64,000 nucleotides of DNA from Octopus sinensis. Its lineage: Eukaryota. The notes under the pieces are model-generated. The model had not been told where the DNA came from, searched no databases, and saw only the letters and a list, made by a program, of their open reading frames with translations. Below, piece after piece: positions 1 through 12,360 of this stretch. The stretch is taken from positions 6,386,001-6,450,000 of the forward strand of contig NC_043021.1 in the NCBI RefSeq assembly GCF_006345805.1, read 5' to 3'. The number at the start of each line of letters is the position of its first letter. Position 1 is the first letter of the stretch. The translations under genes were made by a program, and so were the position numbers.

Positions 1-20
1 TATATATATGTATATGTATA

Positions 21-68
<48 letters not shown>

Positions 69-948
69 ACAATATATATATATATACACACACTGCTCCA
101 GCATGGCTGCAGTCAAATGACTGAAACAAATAAAAGAATATATACATACACACACATACACATCACAAAACCACACACACACACTTATGCCCATCTTAAA
201 AAACACTGATACACACCTTTTATATGTACACACCAACTCAAGCCCTTCCTCCCTTCTTAAGCACCCACCTCCCACTTAGAACCCCATTCCTGACCAGCCT
301 AAACCCAACACCTGAGTTTTCTTTCCTCTCTCTCCTCTCAACCACTTCTCCTCTTTCACACTCCACTTTTAAACTTTCCTTCTACACTTTTCTTCCGATG
401 AAAGCCTAGCATCCAAAATGCTGAGGTTCTTTCCTTTCCTCTTTTCAAGTGGCAAACTAGCTCAATATTTGTTAAAACTTGGCCTTCCTTCTGTTGAGCT
501 TTTCCTTTTTTTTTTTGTTTATTACCTTTGCAACCAACCAACACACACATGTACTCACACATACATACACTCACACACACACTCACACACACACACACAC
601 ACACAGACAAGTGGTGTTTTCTGCATGAATGCAAATCTTGCAATGCTTGCTTTAACAAATACTAAATCAGATTTCCTAATATTTTTTTTTCCAATTTTAT
701 GACAGATACCTGGAAAGCAGGTACACACACACACACACACACACACACTTCTTTAATAATATGACTTCAGTTTTAAAAATTGTAAACTCTAGCTTCAGTA
801 CCAGGAGTCATCCCTGATACACACACACACACACACGTTAGAAATGCATTAAAGAGTGTGGGACCAATGCTACTACATTGGCAGAGAAATCATTTCTTTT
901 TAATAGTAGAGTGCCGTTAATATGATGTTGATACATGCACACACACAC

Positions 949-1014
<66 letters not shown>

Positions 1015-1019
1015 ATATA

Positions 1020-1069
<50 letters not shown>

Positions 1070-1219
1070 CATATATATATATATGCATATGTATATATGT
1101 ATATATATACATAAACATACACATACATCCAAATATATACAAGAATAACAAGGAGGTTGAAAAGAAAAGCAAGATGAAAGAGAGAAGAAACGAGAAAGGG
1201 AGAGAGCAAGAGAGTGCGT

Positions 1220-1438
1220 TAATAATAATAATAATAATAGTAATAATGATAATAATAATAACAATAATACAATAATAATAATAATAATAAAATAATAACA
1301 ATAACAACAATAACAATAATAATAATCATGGTAATAATAAATAATAATAATAATAATAAAATAATAATAATAATGATGATAATAACAATAATAATAATAA
1401 CAATAATAATAATAATAATGATGATAATAATAATATAA

Positions 1439-1475
<37 letters not shown>

Positions 1476-1539
1476 GATAATAATAATAATAATAATAATA
1501 ATAATATAATAATAATAATAATGATAATAATAATAATAA

Positions 1540-1570
<31 letters not shown>

Positions 1571-1575
1571 TAAAG
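1220..1575. repeat. (AAT)n microsatellite
   Basis: Direct reading. Similar tracts lie at 10162-10286, 11735-12355 and 28100-28510. Confidence 0.95.
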
Positions 1576-2176
1576 TGATGAAGTCTAAATAATAAACAAA
1601 ATGGCACAGCTTTCTTCACAGTGCCTATCTTCCTAACACCATTCCACTTCCTAACCAATACTGCACTGCTTTCAAGGAACTTCCCAAAATACACTTCCCA
1701 ACTCTAACAACAAGCATGTGTACACGTGCTCGCACGCATGCAACGTACACATGCATAAGATTCTATAGAAAAAAAAAAAAAGATTTTTTTTTTTTTTTTT
1801 GAATTGTGAAGTGAAATCAAAAATAGAAAAATCAATGAATTGATGTATATTATCACTCGTGAGATAATATTGGGTTACGAAGAATTAAGATGGATTTAAT
1901 GTTTCTTAATGCGGTTTGATATGCTGGAAACCGGAAAAACTATAAAGAAAAAAGAAGTATCCAACAAGAAAAATTCGAAAAAATTGAGAAGCTAAAAAAG
2001 CAAACTACAAAATTAGATAAACATGTGAATGTATAGAATTAGCAGGTTAGACGGAGTCAATAAACAACGAGAAGCTAACAGAAGCTGTTAGGGCAGCAAC
2101 GTAACGAAGAAGACGATGACAATTAAATGGATCCTGCATCAGTTTCGATGATGCTGAGAGAGTATTACAGATGTAT

Positions 2177-2565
2177 GTGGAGGCGCAATGGCCCAGTGGT
2201 TAGGGCAGCGGACTCGCAGTCATAGGATTGAGGTTTCGATTCCCAGACCGGGCGTTGTGAGTGTTTATTGAGCAAAAACACCTAAAAAAGGTCCACGAGG
2301 CTCCGGCAGGGGATGGTGGTGATCCCTGCTGTACTCTTTCACCACAACTTTCTCTCACTCTTACTTCCTGTTTCTATTGTACCTGTATTTCAAGGGGCCA
2401 GCCTTGTCACTCTCTGTGTCACGCTGAATATCCTCGAGAACTACGTTAAGGGTGCACGTGTCTGTGGAGTGCTCAGCCACTTACACATTAATTTCACGAG
2501 CAGGCTGTTCCGTTGATTCGGATCAACCGGAACCCTCGTCGTCGTAACCGCCGGAGTGCTTCAAG
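2177..2565 (+). mobile_element. Full-length tRNA-head SINE, family C, with an 11-bp TSD
   Basis: Pol III A box TGGCCCAGTGG and B-like box GTTTCGATTCC. TSD ATTACAGATGT at 2164-2174 and 2566-2576. Related pieces lie at 33164-33487, 36680-36865, 44720-44965 (minus) and 49351-49545. Confidence 0.85.
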
Positions 2566-3840
2566 ATTACAGATGTTTGACCAATAGGACAACCTGTTTG
2601 TTGTGGTATTATAAGATGAAGTGATGGAGTACTTCATAAGCAACAACGTACTACAAGAAGTGTTGTATCTTTAACCCTTTAGCATTGAAACCGGTCATAT
2701 CCTCATGGTGGCATTGGCAAGTGACCAAGACCTTATTTTGCTGTGAGCATAATACAGTTAGGTTGTGTAACGTATTATGTAACTCCCAACTCATCAGGCA
2801 ATCAGGTAAAATCAGGTAAAACAGGTAAAACTTGTTCATTAACAAGAGCAGCAGTTGAAATGGAACAGTAATAATGGTTTTAAATTTTGGCACAAGGCCA
2901 GCAAGCTTTTTGGGGGGGTTGGGTAAGTCAATTACATTGACCCCAAAGTATTTGACTGGTACTTATTTTATCGACCCTGAAAGGATGAAAGGCAAAGTGA
3001 GTCTCAGTGAAGGTTGAACTCAGAATGCAAAGATGGATGAAATGCTTCTAAGCATTTTGCTCAGCCTGCTAACAACTCTGCTAGCTCTGGCATCAATATC
3101 ACCAATCTGAGAAGACCTGGAAAAGAACTGACCCTCCTGCAAGACCCATTAAATAATGGAATAGAAAAAAAAAACATAAACACAAATAAAACAAAGATTT
3201 TTCATTTATTTTCAGTGCCCATGCAGTGCCACGTTAAAGTACCCAGCACATTCTGTAAAGTGGTTGGTGTTAGGAAGGGCATCTAGTGGTAGAAACCTTG
3301 CCAAATCAGACTGGAGTCTGATGCAGCTCCCTAGCTCGCTGGCTCTGGTCAAACTGTTCAGCCCATGCCAGCATGCACAATGGACATTAAATAGTCATGA
3401 TGATGATGAAAAAAAGGTTGTTTTACCTTTCCTTGGGGGGTGTTCCTTCCCATCGAGGTAATTCTGGTGATGGATTCAAATCTAAGGTGAGTGAGGCGCT
3501 GGATCCCCTCCTGGAGCACAGAAGTGAAAACACATCGGTTAGAAATATGTACGTATTAGATTATCATAAGGGGTTTGTAGACAGGAGGATGTAGTCAGGA
3601 GAGGAAAGCAAGGTGAGTGTAGCTATGAGAGTGTAGCTTTGAGTGTAGCAAAAGGAGTGCAGTCAAAGGAGCATAATAAGGGAGTAATCAAAAGTTTGTG
3701 GTTGCAAATATTTAGTGAAAAGGGTATTCAGATTTGTGCCATATAAAACGTTTAATGACAGGTGTACAGTAACAGATACTTAATTAAAGGTGTGCATTGC
3801 ATAAAGAGGATGTAGTAGTAGTGAAGACAGTGATGAGAAT

Positions 3841-4069
3841 TTAACCCTTTTGTTACCATATTTCTGTTGAGGTACTCTGTGTTTCTTTCAATTAATTTTA
3901 AATATAACAAAGAATTAGTAAAATAACTTAGTTACCATTCAGCTAGTGTTAGGAACATAAACTGTGACTAATGTTTGGTGGAAGATTTTAATTCAGAACT
4001 TTTGGAAACAAGACATTTGTACTACAGAACCAGAGGCGGTTTCAGGCAGGTTGGTGTCAAAAGGGTTAA
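3841..4069. mobile_element. piggyBac-type MITE (TTAA target, CCCTTT termini)
   Basis: TTAA-CCCTTTTG ... CAAAAGGG-TTAA, about 220 bp. Confidence 0.8.
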
Positions 4070-5267
4070 GGTCAACTATGATCAGAGAATTATGTGAGAT
4101 ACTCAAAAAAAAGTGTGTACCTTTTAAGCAAACCCTCAGCTCTCATCTGTACTGGAGTCTGAGCCGGTAGAGGTGTAACACAACGTTTGACCACGTAGAC
4201 TGGAGAAGACTCTGGTTGGACCATCATAGCGTCTTTCATATTAGGTTTGAGTGTAGGATAGAATATTCTTTGTACTGTAGGATTTTTCAGTTCAGCCTTT
4301 TTGACTTTTTGTCGATAACAGCAGTAGACCTGTAAATAAAGATGGACATAGATATTAGATAATTTGACACAATAAAATGACTGATACAAATGTATCTCTC
4401 TTTACTCTTTACTCTTTTAGTTGTTTCAGCCATTTTGACTGTGGCCATGCTGGAGCCATGCTGGAGCACCGCCTTTAGTCGATCAAATTGACTCCAGGAC
4501 TTATTCTTTGTAAGCCTAGTACTTATTCTATTGGTCTCTTTTGCCGAACCGCTAAGTTTCGGGGACGTAAACACACCAACATCGGTTGTCAATCAGAAAA
4601 TGTATGACAAAGAGTGAGTGCAAAGTGGGCACCTCAGCAGTTGGCACTTGACTTGAAGGAGGGAAGCTTGGAAGTCTGCTCAGATATGCTGGAAGCATTT
4701 GACAGGGGACAAAATATGGCCATAAATTTATTATCTGGAAACAAAGGCTCAGACCTATTTCTTTATTGCCCACAAGGGGCTAAACACAGAGAGGACAAAC
4801 AAGGACAGACAAAGGGATTAAGTCGATTACATCGACCCCCCAGTGCGTGACTGGTACTTAATTTATCGATCCCGAAAGGATGAAAGGCAAAGTCGACCTC
4901 GGCGGAATTTGAACTCAGGACATTACAGCAGACGAAATACGGCTACGCATTTCGCCCGGCGTGCCAACGGTTCTGCCAGCTCAGACCATAAAATAGTATC
5001 ACATCTTTTCTCCCAGGTCTAAGATGTTCAAGAACCAGCAGTCAGCACAGGAAATCACGGTGATTGTTATTTGGTAACATTTCTCATGGCCAGACATTTT
5101 CTTATGGAAGACTGGAAATCAATGACATGTTTGTTTACATCTATCATGGGATGTCAAGAAAAAGGTAAACACACACACACACACAAACCCTGGCACTCAA
5201 TAAGTTGAAACAATATATACATAGTGACACATCAAAGTGGTTTGCAGTCATGTGGTGGTAACATACC

Positions 5268-5501
5268 TATTTCTTTACTACCCACAAGGGGCTAAACACA
5301 GAGGGGACAAACAAAGACAGACACACAGATTAAGCCGATTACATCAACCCCAGTGCGTAACTGGTACTTAATTTTTCAACCTCGAAAGGATGAAAGGCAA
5401 AGTCAACCTCGGCAGAATTTGAACTCAGAACGTAACGGCAGACGAAATATGGCTATGCATTTCGCCCGACATGCTAACGGTTCTGCCAGCTCGCTGCCTT
5501 C
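5268..5501 (-). mobile_element. tRNA-head SINE, family B, with a 16-bp TSD
   Basis: TSD GTGGTGGTAACATACC at 5252-5267 and 5502-5517. The central GCCTTTCATCCTTTCG.GGTCGATAAA..AAGTACC resembles the Meta-SINE domain (from recall). Confidence 0.85.
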
Positions 5502-5968
5502 GTGGTGGTAACATACCAAAGCAGACTTGAGCTACATGGTGACTAAGTGGTCTGATCGTTAGTCTTGTTGATAACCCAGCAAAAAATAGTCATTAATATT
5601 TTTGTGACACATCTAAATGGTGGTGGGCATTGAATGTCCCATCCAAGTGGACCACAGACAACAGCTATATGGGAGCACATCATAAAAATTATAACAATGT
5701 GACATCACATCCATGGAGGAAATGTGTAAATGATAGCATCAAAGTGGGTGGGAGCAGTCCTATGGTGATAATCAGAGGTGGTGTGGGGTGAGTAGTAATA
5801 AAATGGTGATATTAAAGGAGGCCAGTAACCAAAGTAATTAATAAAAAAGGATGTCAGTAATCACACTATTTAAATGGCAGTATCAAAGTTAGTAAGGTCA
5901 ACCATAATGACGTACTGACATTGAAGGATGAGACAATATTATAAGTCCAAAACAAAAGTGAATTTAAT

Positions 5969-6537
5969 GCGGATGTTCTGTTAGAACAAACTATACTGTG
6001 GTAGATACCATGAGAGAACCTCTTATATTTGCCTTTTGATGCAAAATGTTCTCTTGCTTATATCACTAGCAGGGAGATAATTCTAAATAACAATCTCTTG
6101 CAATTGATAATTCTTTACTACCCACAAGGGGCTAAACACACAGGGGACAAACAAGGACAGACAAACGGATTAAGTCGATTATATCGACCCCCAGTGCGTA
6201 ACTGGTACTTATTTAATCGACCCCGAAAGGATGAAAGGCAAAGTCGACCTCGGTGGAATTTGAACTCAGAATATAGCGGCAGACGAAATACCGCTAAGCA
6301 TTTCACCCGGCGTGCTAACGTTTCTGCCAGCTCACCGCCTTTTGCAATTGAGTGTCCGTTACTGACGAGACCAAGGAAGGTTGAAATTATGTGATCTCAT
6401 GGTCTCGGCACTGGAGATGGTGGGGATTTATCTCCCTGCTAGTGATACAAACAACAGTGCATTCTGCACCAAAAGCCAATATGAGAGTTTCCCTCAGGTA
6501 TCTACTGCAGTATAGTTTGTTCTAACAGAACATCCAC
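5969..6537. mobile_element. MITE with ~110 bp inverted arms, containing a nested SINE
   Basis: 5969-6080 is the approximate reverse complement of 6428-6537. Confidence 0.75.
6108..6341 (-). mobile_element. SINE family B with a 10-bp TSD
   Basis: TSD TTGCAATTGA at 6098-6107 and 6342-6351. Other copies: 4757-4982, 37825-38054, 9575-9745, 17735-18095, 18225-18440, 29020-29200 and 50440-50570. Confidence 0.85.
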
Positions 6538-7739
6538 ATTTCAGTGGGAATAAATATTACCTCTTGGTATTAAAATAAATATGAATTTAATGTGTCTGAC
6601 TTACCAGAATGGTGACTAACATAGTGACAAGAGCTGCGGCACAGGAGGCGACGATGTAGGGGAGGTAGTGTTGCATCCACACTGGATCAGTCATTGAAGT
6701 TTTTACCACAGATGTCTGAAATTAATGAATGGGTAATAATTAGATTAGACAGTTTACACCCCTACCTTACAATTTTATCATCTTCTCATATAATCATCTT
6801 CAGTTACTGAGACCACAATTAAAGAAAAGCAAAGTAAAGGGTGTGTGTAACTGTGTTTTGGTTTTTTAACCCTGAACCAATGAAGAAATCTTTGGATAGT
6901 CATTAGGCCTGCTAGTAAATAGCAAAATCTCCCTCAAATCTCATCAACCAATTTTTCATCTTTCCACATTAAAAGCATTGGTGATGGTGCCACATACAAA
7001 AGAATCCAGTACACTCTGTGGAATGGTTGGTGTTAGGAATGGCAACAAGTTGTAGATACTGTGCCAGAACATACAATAGAGCCTGGCACAGGGTCTGGGT
7101 TGACCAGCTCTGGTCAAGCTGTCCGACTTATGCCAAATGGAAAACTGATGTTAAATGATGATGATGATGACGATGATAATATTATGTCTTGTGAGAATAT
7201 GGATCTGCAACTGGAAAGTCAGAGATGACACTGAAGTATTCTCTCCTTGGAGCAGATTTGGGCAAAGTTGTATGGAAGACAAGCTGTTGCTCTTGCCTAT
7301 GCAGTGAGTCTCTCTTTACCATGCTACAAATGTTATCTCAAAGAAAGGCAAGAGCTGATACACTTCAGTACCAGTGTCACCACAGGAATTTCCACAATAT
7401 AGGCATAGGTATGGCTGTGTGGTAAGATGCTTGCTTCATAACCATATGGATTAAGGTTCAGTCCCATTGCATGGCTCCCTGTGCAAGTGTCTTCTATTAT
7501 AGTCTTGGGGTGACCAAAGCCACGTGAGTGGATTTGGCAGATGGAAACTGAAAGGAACCTGTCATAGGCACATGCATGGCTGTGTGGTAAGAAGTTTACT
7601 TCCCAACCACATGATTCCAAGTTCAGTCCCAGTGCATTGCACCTTGGGAAAGTGTCTTCTATTATAGCCTTGGGCTGAGTAAAGCCTTGTCAGTGGATTT
7701 GGTAAACAGAAACTGAAAGAGGCTCATCACACACACACA

Positions 7740-8599
7740 CATCCGGACTGATGCCATAATAATGAAGCTAAAGCAAGCAGAGCGAAGCCACTTGGCACAG
7801 ATTGACCTTGACCTCTGCTGTGCATGTGCATTAAGTTTCAACATCCTAGTTCACTTTCGCTTTTTACAGCAGTGCTTGGAAGGAAGGTGTGTAGTGTGTG
7901 ATCGTTGCATTGACCATGACAGAGAAAGTTGTCATGGCGATATCTGCTCAGAGGCCTATGCAAAGTTGCAGAAAGTGTATGGAGAAGAGTGTACGAACCG
8001 CACGTAAGTGTACAGGTGGTTCAGACGTTTCCAAGATGGCTGAGAAAATGTTGATAGTGATGAATGTTCTGGGAGACTCACAACCAGTAGATCTGAGAAA
8101 AACATTGCAGATGTGCATGCAGCTGTGAGGGGAAATTTTTGAATCACCATCTGTGAGTTATCAGAGGATGTACAGATTAATTACGGTTCAGTTCAGTCCA
8201 TTATCACTGAAGATTTGGGTATGAGATGAATGTCTGCCAAGTTTGTGCCAAGACTACTTTCAGCTGACCAAAAAGACACACAAGTTTCAGTTGCATAAGA
8301 TCTCCTTGATTGTGTAGAGAACAATGAAAACTTTTTGAAAACTTTGCATAGGCCACTGAGCAGGTATCACCAAGTTTCTGGCAAAATTTGATGCAGATTC
8401 TCTGCTCAACTTGCTCTGTCATGGTCAATGCGAAGATCACATGCTACACACCTTCCTTCCAAGCACTGCTGTAAACAGTGGAGGTGAGCTAGAATGTTAA
8501 AACTTAGTGTGCATGCTCAGCAGAATTCAAGGTCAATCTGGGGCCAAGAGGCTTCACTCTGCATGCTTCAGCTTCCTTACTATGGCAACAGTCTGGATG
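7740..8599 (+). mobile_element. Mariner-derived non-autonomous element with ~230-260 bp inverted termini
   Basis: 7740-7966 is the reverse complement of 8341-8599. The interior encodes a decayed transposase N-terminus (YAKLQKVYGEEC...VYRWFRRF...SAKFVPRLLS). Confidence 0.85.
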
Positions 8600-8616
8600 C
8601 TATTTTTAACCAGACC

Positions 8617-8669
<53 letters not shown>

Positions 8670-9532
8670 TATATATATACATACATATATATGTGTGTCT
8701 GCAGGTTTGTGTCAGTCTTCCACCACCACTTGACAACCAGTGTTGGTGTGTTTCCATCAATGTAACTTAGCGGTTTGACATAAGAGACTGACAAAATAAG
8801 TACTAGGTTCAAAAACAAAAAAAAAAAAAGAAGTCCTGGGGTCAATTTATTCAATTAAAATACCCTTCAAGGTGGTTCTTCACATCAAACGGAACCCTCT
8901 TCATCATAACCGAAAAAGTGGCAGTTACATGTACACAGAATTGCATTATCCAAAGGGTCTATCCTGTTTGAAGTTAAGTAAAGAGTAATTTAGTTGCTAT
9001 TGCTAGCATGTTGAGAAGTAGAGGCTCACTGCTGTTGGCAGTGGTGATGGTGATGATGATGAAGGTGGTGGTGGTGGTGGTGGTGGTGGAGAGTATAGGG
9101 GTAAGAGTTGGGGTGGGAGTGTTAGATGTGGCAGTGATTTTAAAGATCAATATTCTCCTCCATTAGGAACTATTCAACGAAATCAATGAAATAGTCTGCA
9201 AGACATGGCCTATTATTAAGGTGGTGGTGGTCATGGCAAGTGGTGGTGCAGGTGTTGGCAGTAGGGAAAAACTTACTGAAGTGGTGATGCTGGTGAAATG
9301 TGACAGCTGAGGTGGTATTGGTGGTAGAGTGTGATGGTTATGGTGTTGTTGTTAGCATTGGTGTGATGGTTATAGTGTTTGGTCTGGTGGTGGTGGTGGT
9401 GGTGATGAGATATTGGTGGCACTGTGATGGTGACACTTGAGTAGTGTAGTGACAGTGTCGGCATGGAGGTGGTGTTTGTGCGTTGAGGTGTGATGGTTGA
9501 AGTGGTGTTTGTGCAAAGAGGTACTGTTGGCC

Positions 9533-9568
<36 letters not shown>

Positions 9569-10223
9569 TGTAGTGTTGGCATTTCATTTGTTTTTACATT
9601 CTGAGTTCAAATTCTGCCAGGGTCAATTTTGCCTTTCATCCTTTCGGGGTTGATAAAATAAGTACCAGTTGAACACTGGGGTCGATGTAATTGACTTATC
9701 CTCCCTTCCCCCAAATTGCTGGTCTTGTGCAAGAATTTGAAACCGGGTTAGAGATAGACTGAGAGAGAGAGAGGAAAAAGCATATGTTGAATGAGAGATA
9801 GAGTGGGGTTTTGCTGGCCTTGTGCAAGAATTTGAAACCGGGTTAGAGATAGACTGAGAGAGAGAGAGAGAGAGAGAGGAAAAAGCATATGTTGAATGAG
9901 AGATAGAGTGGGGTTGTAGGAATGAGAGTATGAGTGAGAGTGTGAGTGACAGTGGTGAGAGTAAACAAAGAATTTACTTACCTCAGATCCAACTGACTGT
10001 ATGTGAAGGTTTGGTAGAAGCTTTTGTAATCTGGACAGCAGATTGTGTGTAGCCAAAATGGTGCTGGCTTTAATGAAATTTCCCAAATGGAATGGTATTT
10101 TTGGACTGAGAGACTTGATGAAGAACATCTCAACTGTATTACGGTGAATCTGAAAATGATAATAATAATAATAATGGTTAATAATAATAATAATAATGGT
10201 TAATAATAATAATAATAATAATG

Positions 10224-10286
<63 letters not shown>

Positions 10287-10287
<1 letters not shown>

Positions 10288-10716
10288 TTAAGGCCAACAG
10301 GCCAGATATAGTTGTCAGAGATCATGAAGAAAAAAAATGCTTTCTAATTGATGTATCAATACCGGCAGATGACAACGTATCTCTAAAAGAAATGGAGAAA
10401 CTCTCAAAATACAAAGACATGGAAATAGAGGTAACTAGAATGTGGAATCTGAAAACAGAAACAATTCCTATCATAGTAGGTGCATTAGGCATGATAAAAA
10501 AATATTCAGACAAATACATAACAAAAACACCAGGACTTACAAACACATATAACATACAGAAAATTGCACTACTAGGCACTGCACACATCCTACGCAGAAC
10601 ACTTTCCATACAATAACCATCAGAACATCACAACAAATCACAGCACATACCCAAGGCACACAGAGCTGCGCTCGGTCGTGAAGTGAAAGCACGCTATAAA
10701 AATAAAACTACTGAAC
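10287..10716 (+). mobile_element. 5'-truncated R4/Dong-clade non-LTR retrotransposon: restriction-like endonuclease domain plus 3' UTR
   Basis: ORF 10221-10616 contains RPDIVVRD...LIDVSIP...EKLSKYKD (PD-D/E-xK RLE motif) and ends ALLGTAHILRRTLS. It is flanked on both sides by (AAT)n. Confidence 0.88.
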
Positions 10717-10827
10717 AATAATAATAATAATAATAATAATAATATTTTAAAAAAGATTGACGTAACTCTTCACAAAGGTAAACAGTCAAAACGAAGAGCG
10801 CGATTCGATTGTAAGATATTTTATTAG

Positions 10828-10870
10828 TTGAACGATATTTCAACAGTACGTCTGTCTTTGTCAAGTTCAA
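10828..10870 (-). ncRNA. Minimal hammerhead-like motif with U3-A8 core (UUGACAA)
   Basis: Minus strand: TTGAAC-TTGACAA-A-GACAG(acgta)CTGTT-GAA-ATAT-C-GTTCAA. Perfect 6-bp helix I, palindromic ATAT, AUC site. Confidence 0.6.
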
Positions 10871-10906
10871 AATAAGAAGTGATAAAAATAATAAAAATAA
10901 GAAGTG

Positions 10907-10947
<41 letters not shown>

Positions 10948-11502
10948 TGCCCTGATGCAGTACCAGGCAGTGGCTCTCATGGCTTCTGATCTTAACTGAT
11001 TGGAAGTGTTATCATGTACATTGTTTTGTCTTGGTATAAAAGATGGGCTGCAACAAATATTCTGCTCAATACCACAGATTTGCTTGTCAGTTGTTTGACC
11101 TTAACTAGTTGAGCATGTCCCTTAGTGGCTGACGATATATGCATCTCTGATCACGAGCAGAAGTAGTGGGGGAGCGTTATAGCCATGTGTTGCCAGGAAT
11201 TCTTTGGGGTTTCAATAATTCACCTCTGGAAACATGGGTGGTTCTTTCAACATCCTTAAACAACCCTTATTCAGGGACCTTTTGAGCGGGATGGGCTACT
11301 TGACCTGAAGAAAATTCTAACTGGGCCCCACCTGCAAGGTCATGCGCTGTTTACCTTGATATGAGATCACCATGTCGCGCACATATGGTTGTGATGCATG
11401 TGCCTGGTGTGCCCTTATCAGATGGGTAGTCATGATGGGTATATTGGGCTTCGTATATTTTACCCCAGTGTCACTTTGATGGCATGCACTGCTCTCTCAC
11501 TC
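10948..11502. mobile_element. Unclassified ~555 bp non-coding element inserted in (AAT)n
   Basis: Complex, non-coding sequence bounded sharply by (AAT)n at both ends. No credible ORF. Confidence 0.55.
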
Positions 11503-11537
<35 letters not shown>

Positions 11538-11733
11538 TGATGATGATGATGATGGGGAGAGGATAAGTTCATTACAACGACCTTAGTGATCATTAGTGGT
11601 ACTTATTTTATCAATTTTTATAGGATGAAAGGCTAAGTTGACTTCGGTGGAATTTGAACTCAGAATGTAAAGACAGACGAAATGTCACTAAGAATTTTGC
11701 CCAGTGCAGTAAAGATTCTACCAGTTTACTGTC

Positions 11734-11793
<60 letters not shown>

Positions 11794-11795
<2 letters not shown>

Positions 11796-12038
11796 TGAAA
11801 GGATGAAAGACAAAGTTGACCTTGACAGACATTTTCTGCAACAATACTCTGTGCAAAACCAAAAATATGGCACCCTACTCATAATACCAACTTGAACTTC
11901 TACCTGTTGTCTCTTGAGGTCTCTGGATGAGACTTGGAGTCAACTTGTACAAATACAAAGCAAAAGTCAAACATATAATAATAATAATAATAATAATATA
12001 ATAATAATAATAATAATATAATAATAATAATAATAATA

Positions 12039-12092
<54 letters not shown>

Positions 12093-12270
12093 TGAAAGGA
12101 TGAAAGACAAAGTCGACCTTGACAGACATTTTCTGCAACAATACTCTGTGCAAAACCAAAAATATGGCACCCTACTCATAATACCAACTTGAACTTCTAA
12201 CCTGTTGTCTCTTGAGGTCTCTGGATGAGACTTGGAGTCAACTTGTACAAATACAAAGCAAAAGTCAAAC

Positions 12271-12273
<3 letters not shown>
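11794..12273 (+). repeat. Two-copy direct duplication (period ~297) of a SINE fragment, a second R4/Dong-like 3' terminus and (AAT)n
   Basis: 11794-11975 is near-identical to 12091-12273. The piece gacattttctgcaacaatactctgtg resembles a decayed HILRxxLS ORF end. Confidence 0.8.
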
Positions 12274-12304
<31 letters not shown>

Positions 12305-12305
12305 C

Positions 12306-12355
<50 letters not shown>

Positions 12356-12360
<5 letters not shown>

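Noticed and set aside
6355-6410. CTGACGA-GACC/GGTT-GAAA hammerhead-like core
   Set aside because: No UH site in register, no helix I complement, and a competing GAGACCA/TGGTCTC hairpin explains the pairing.
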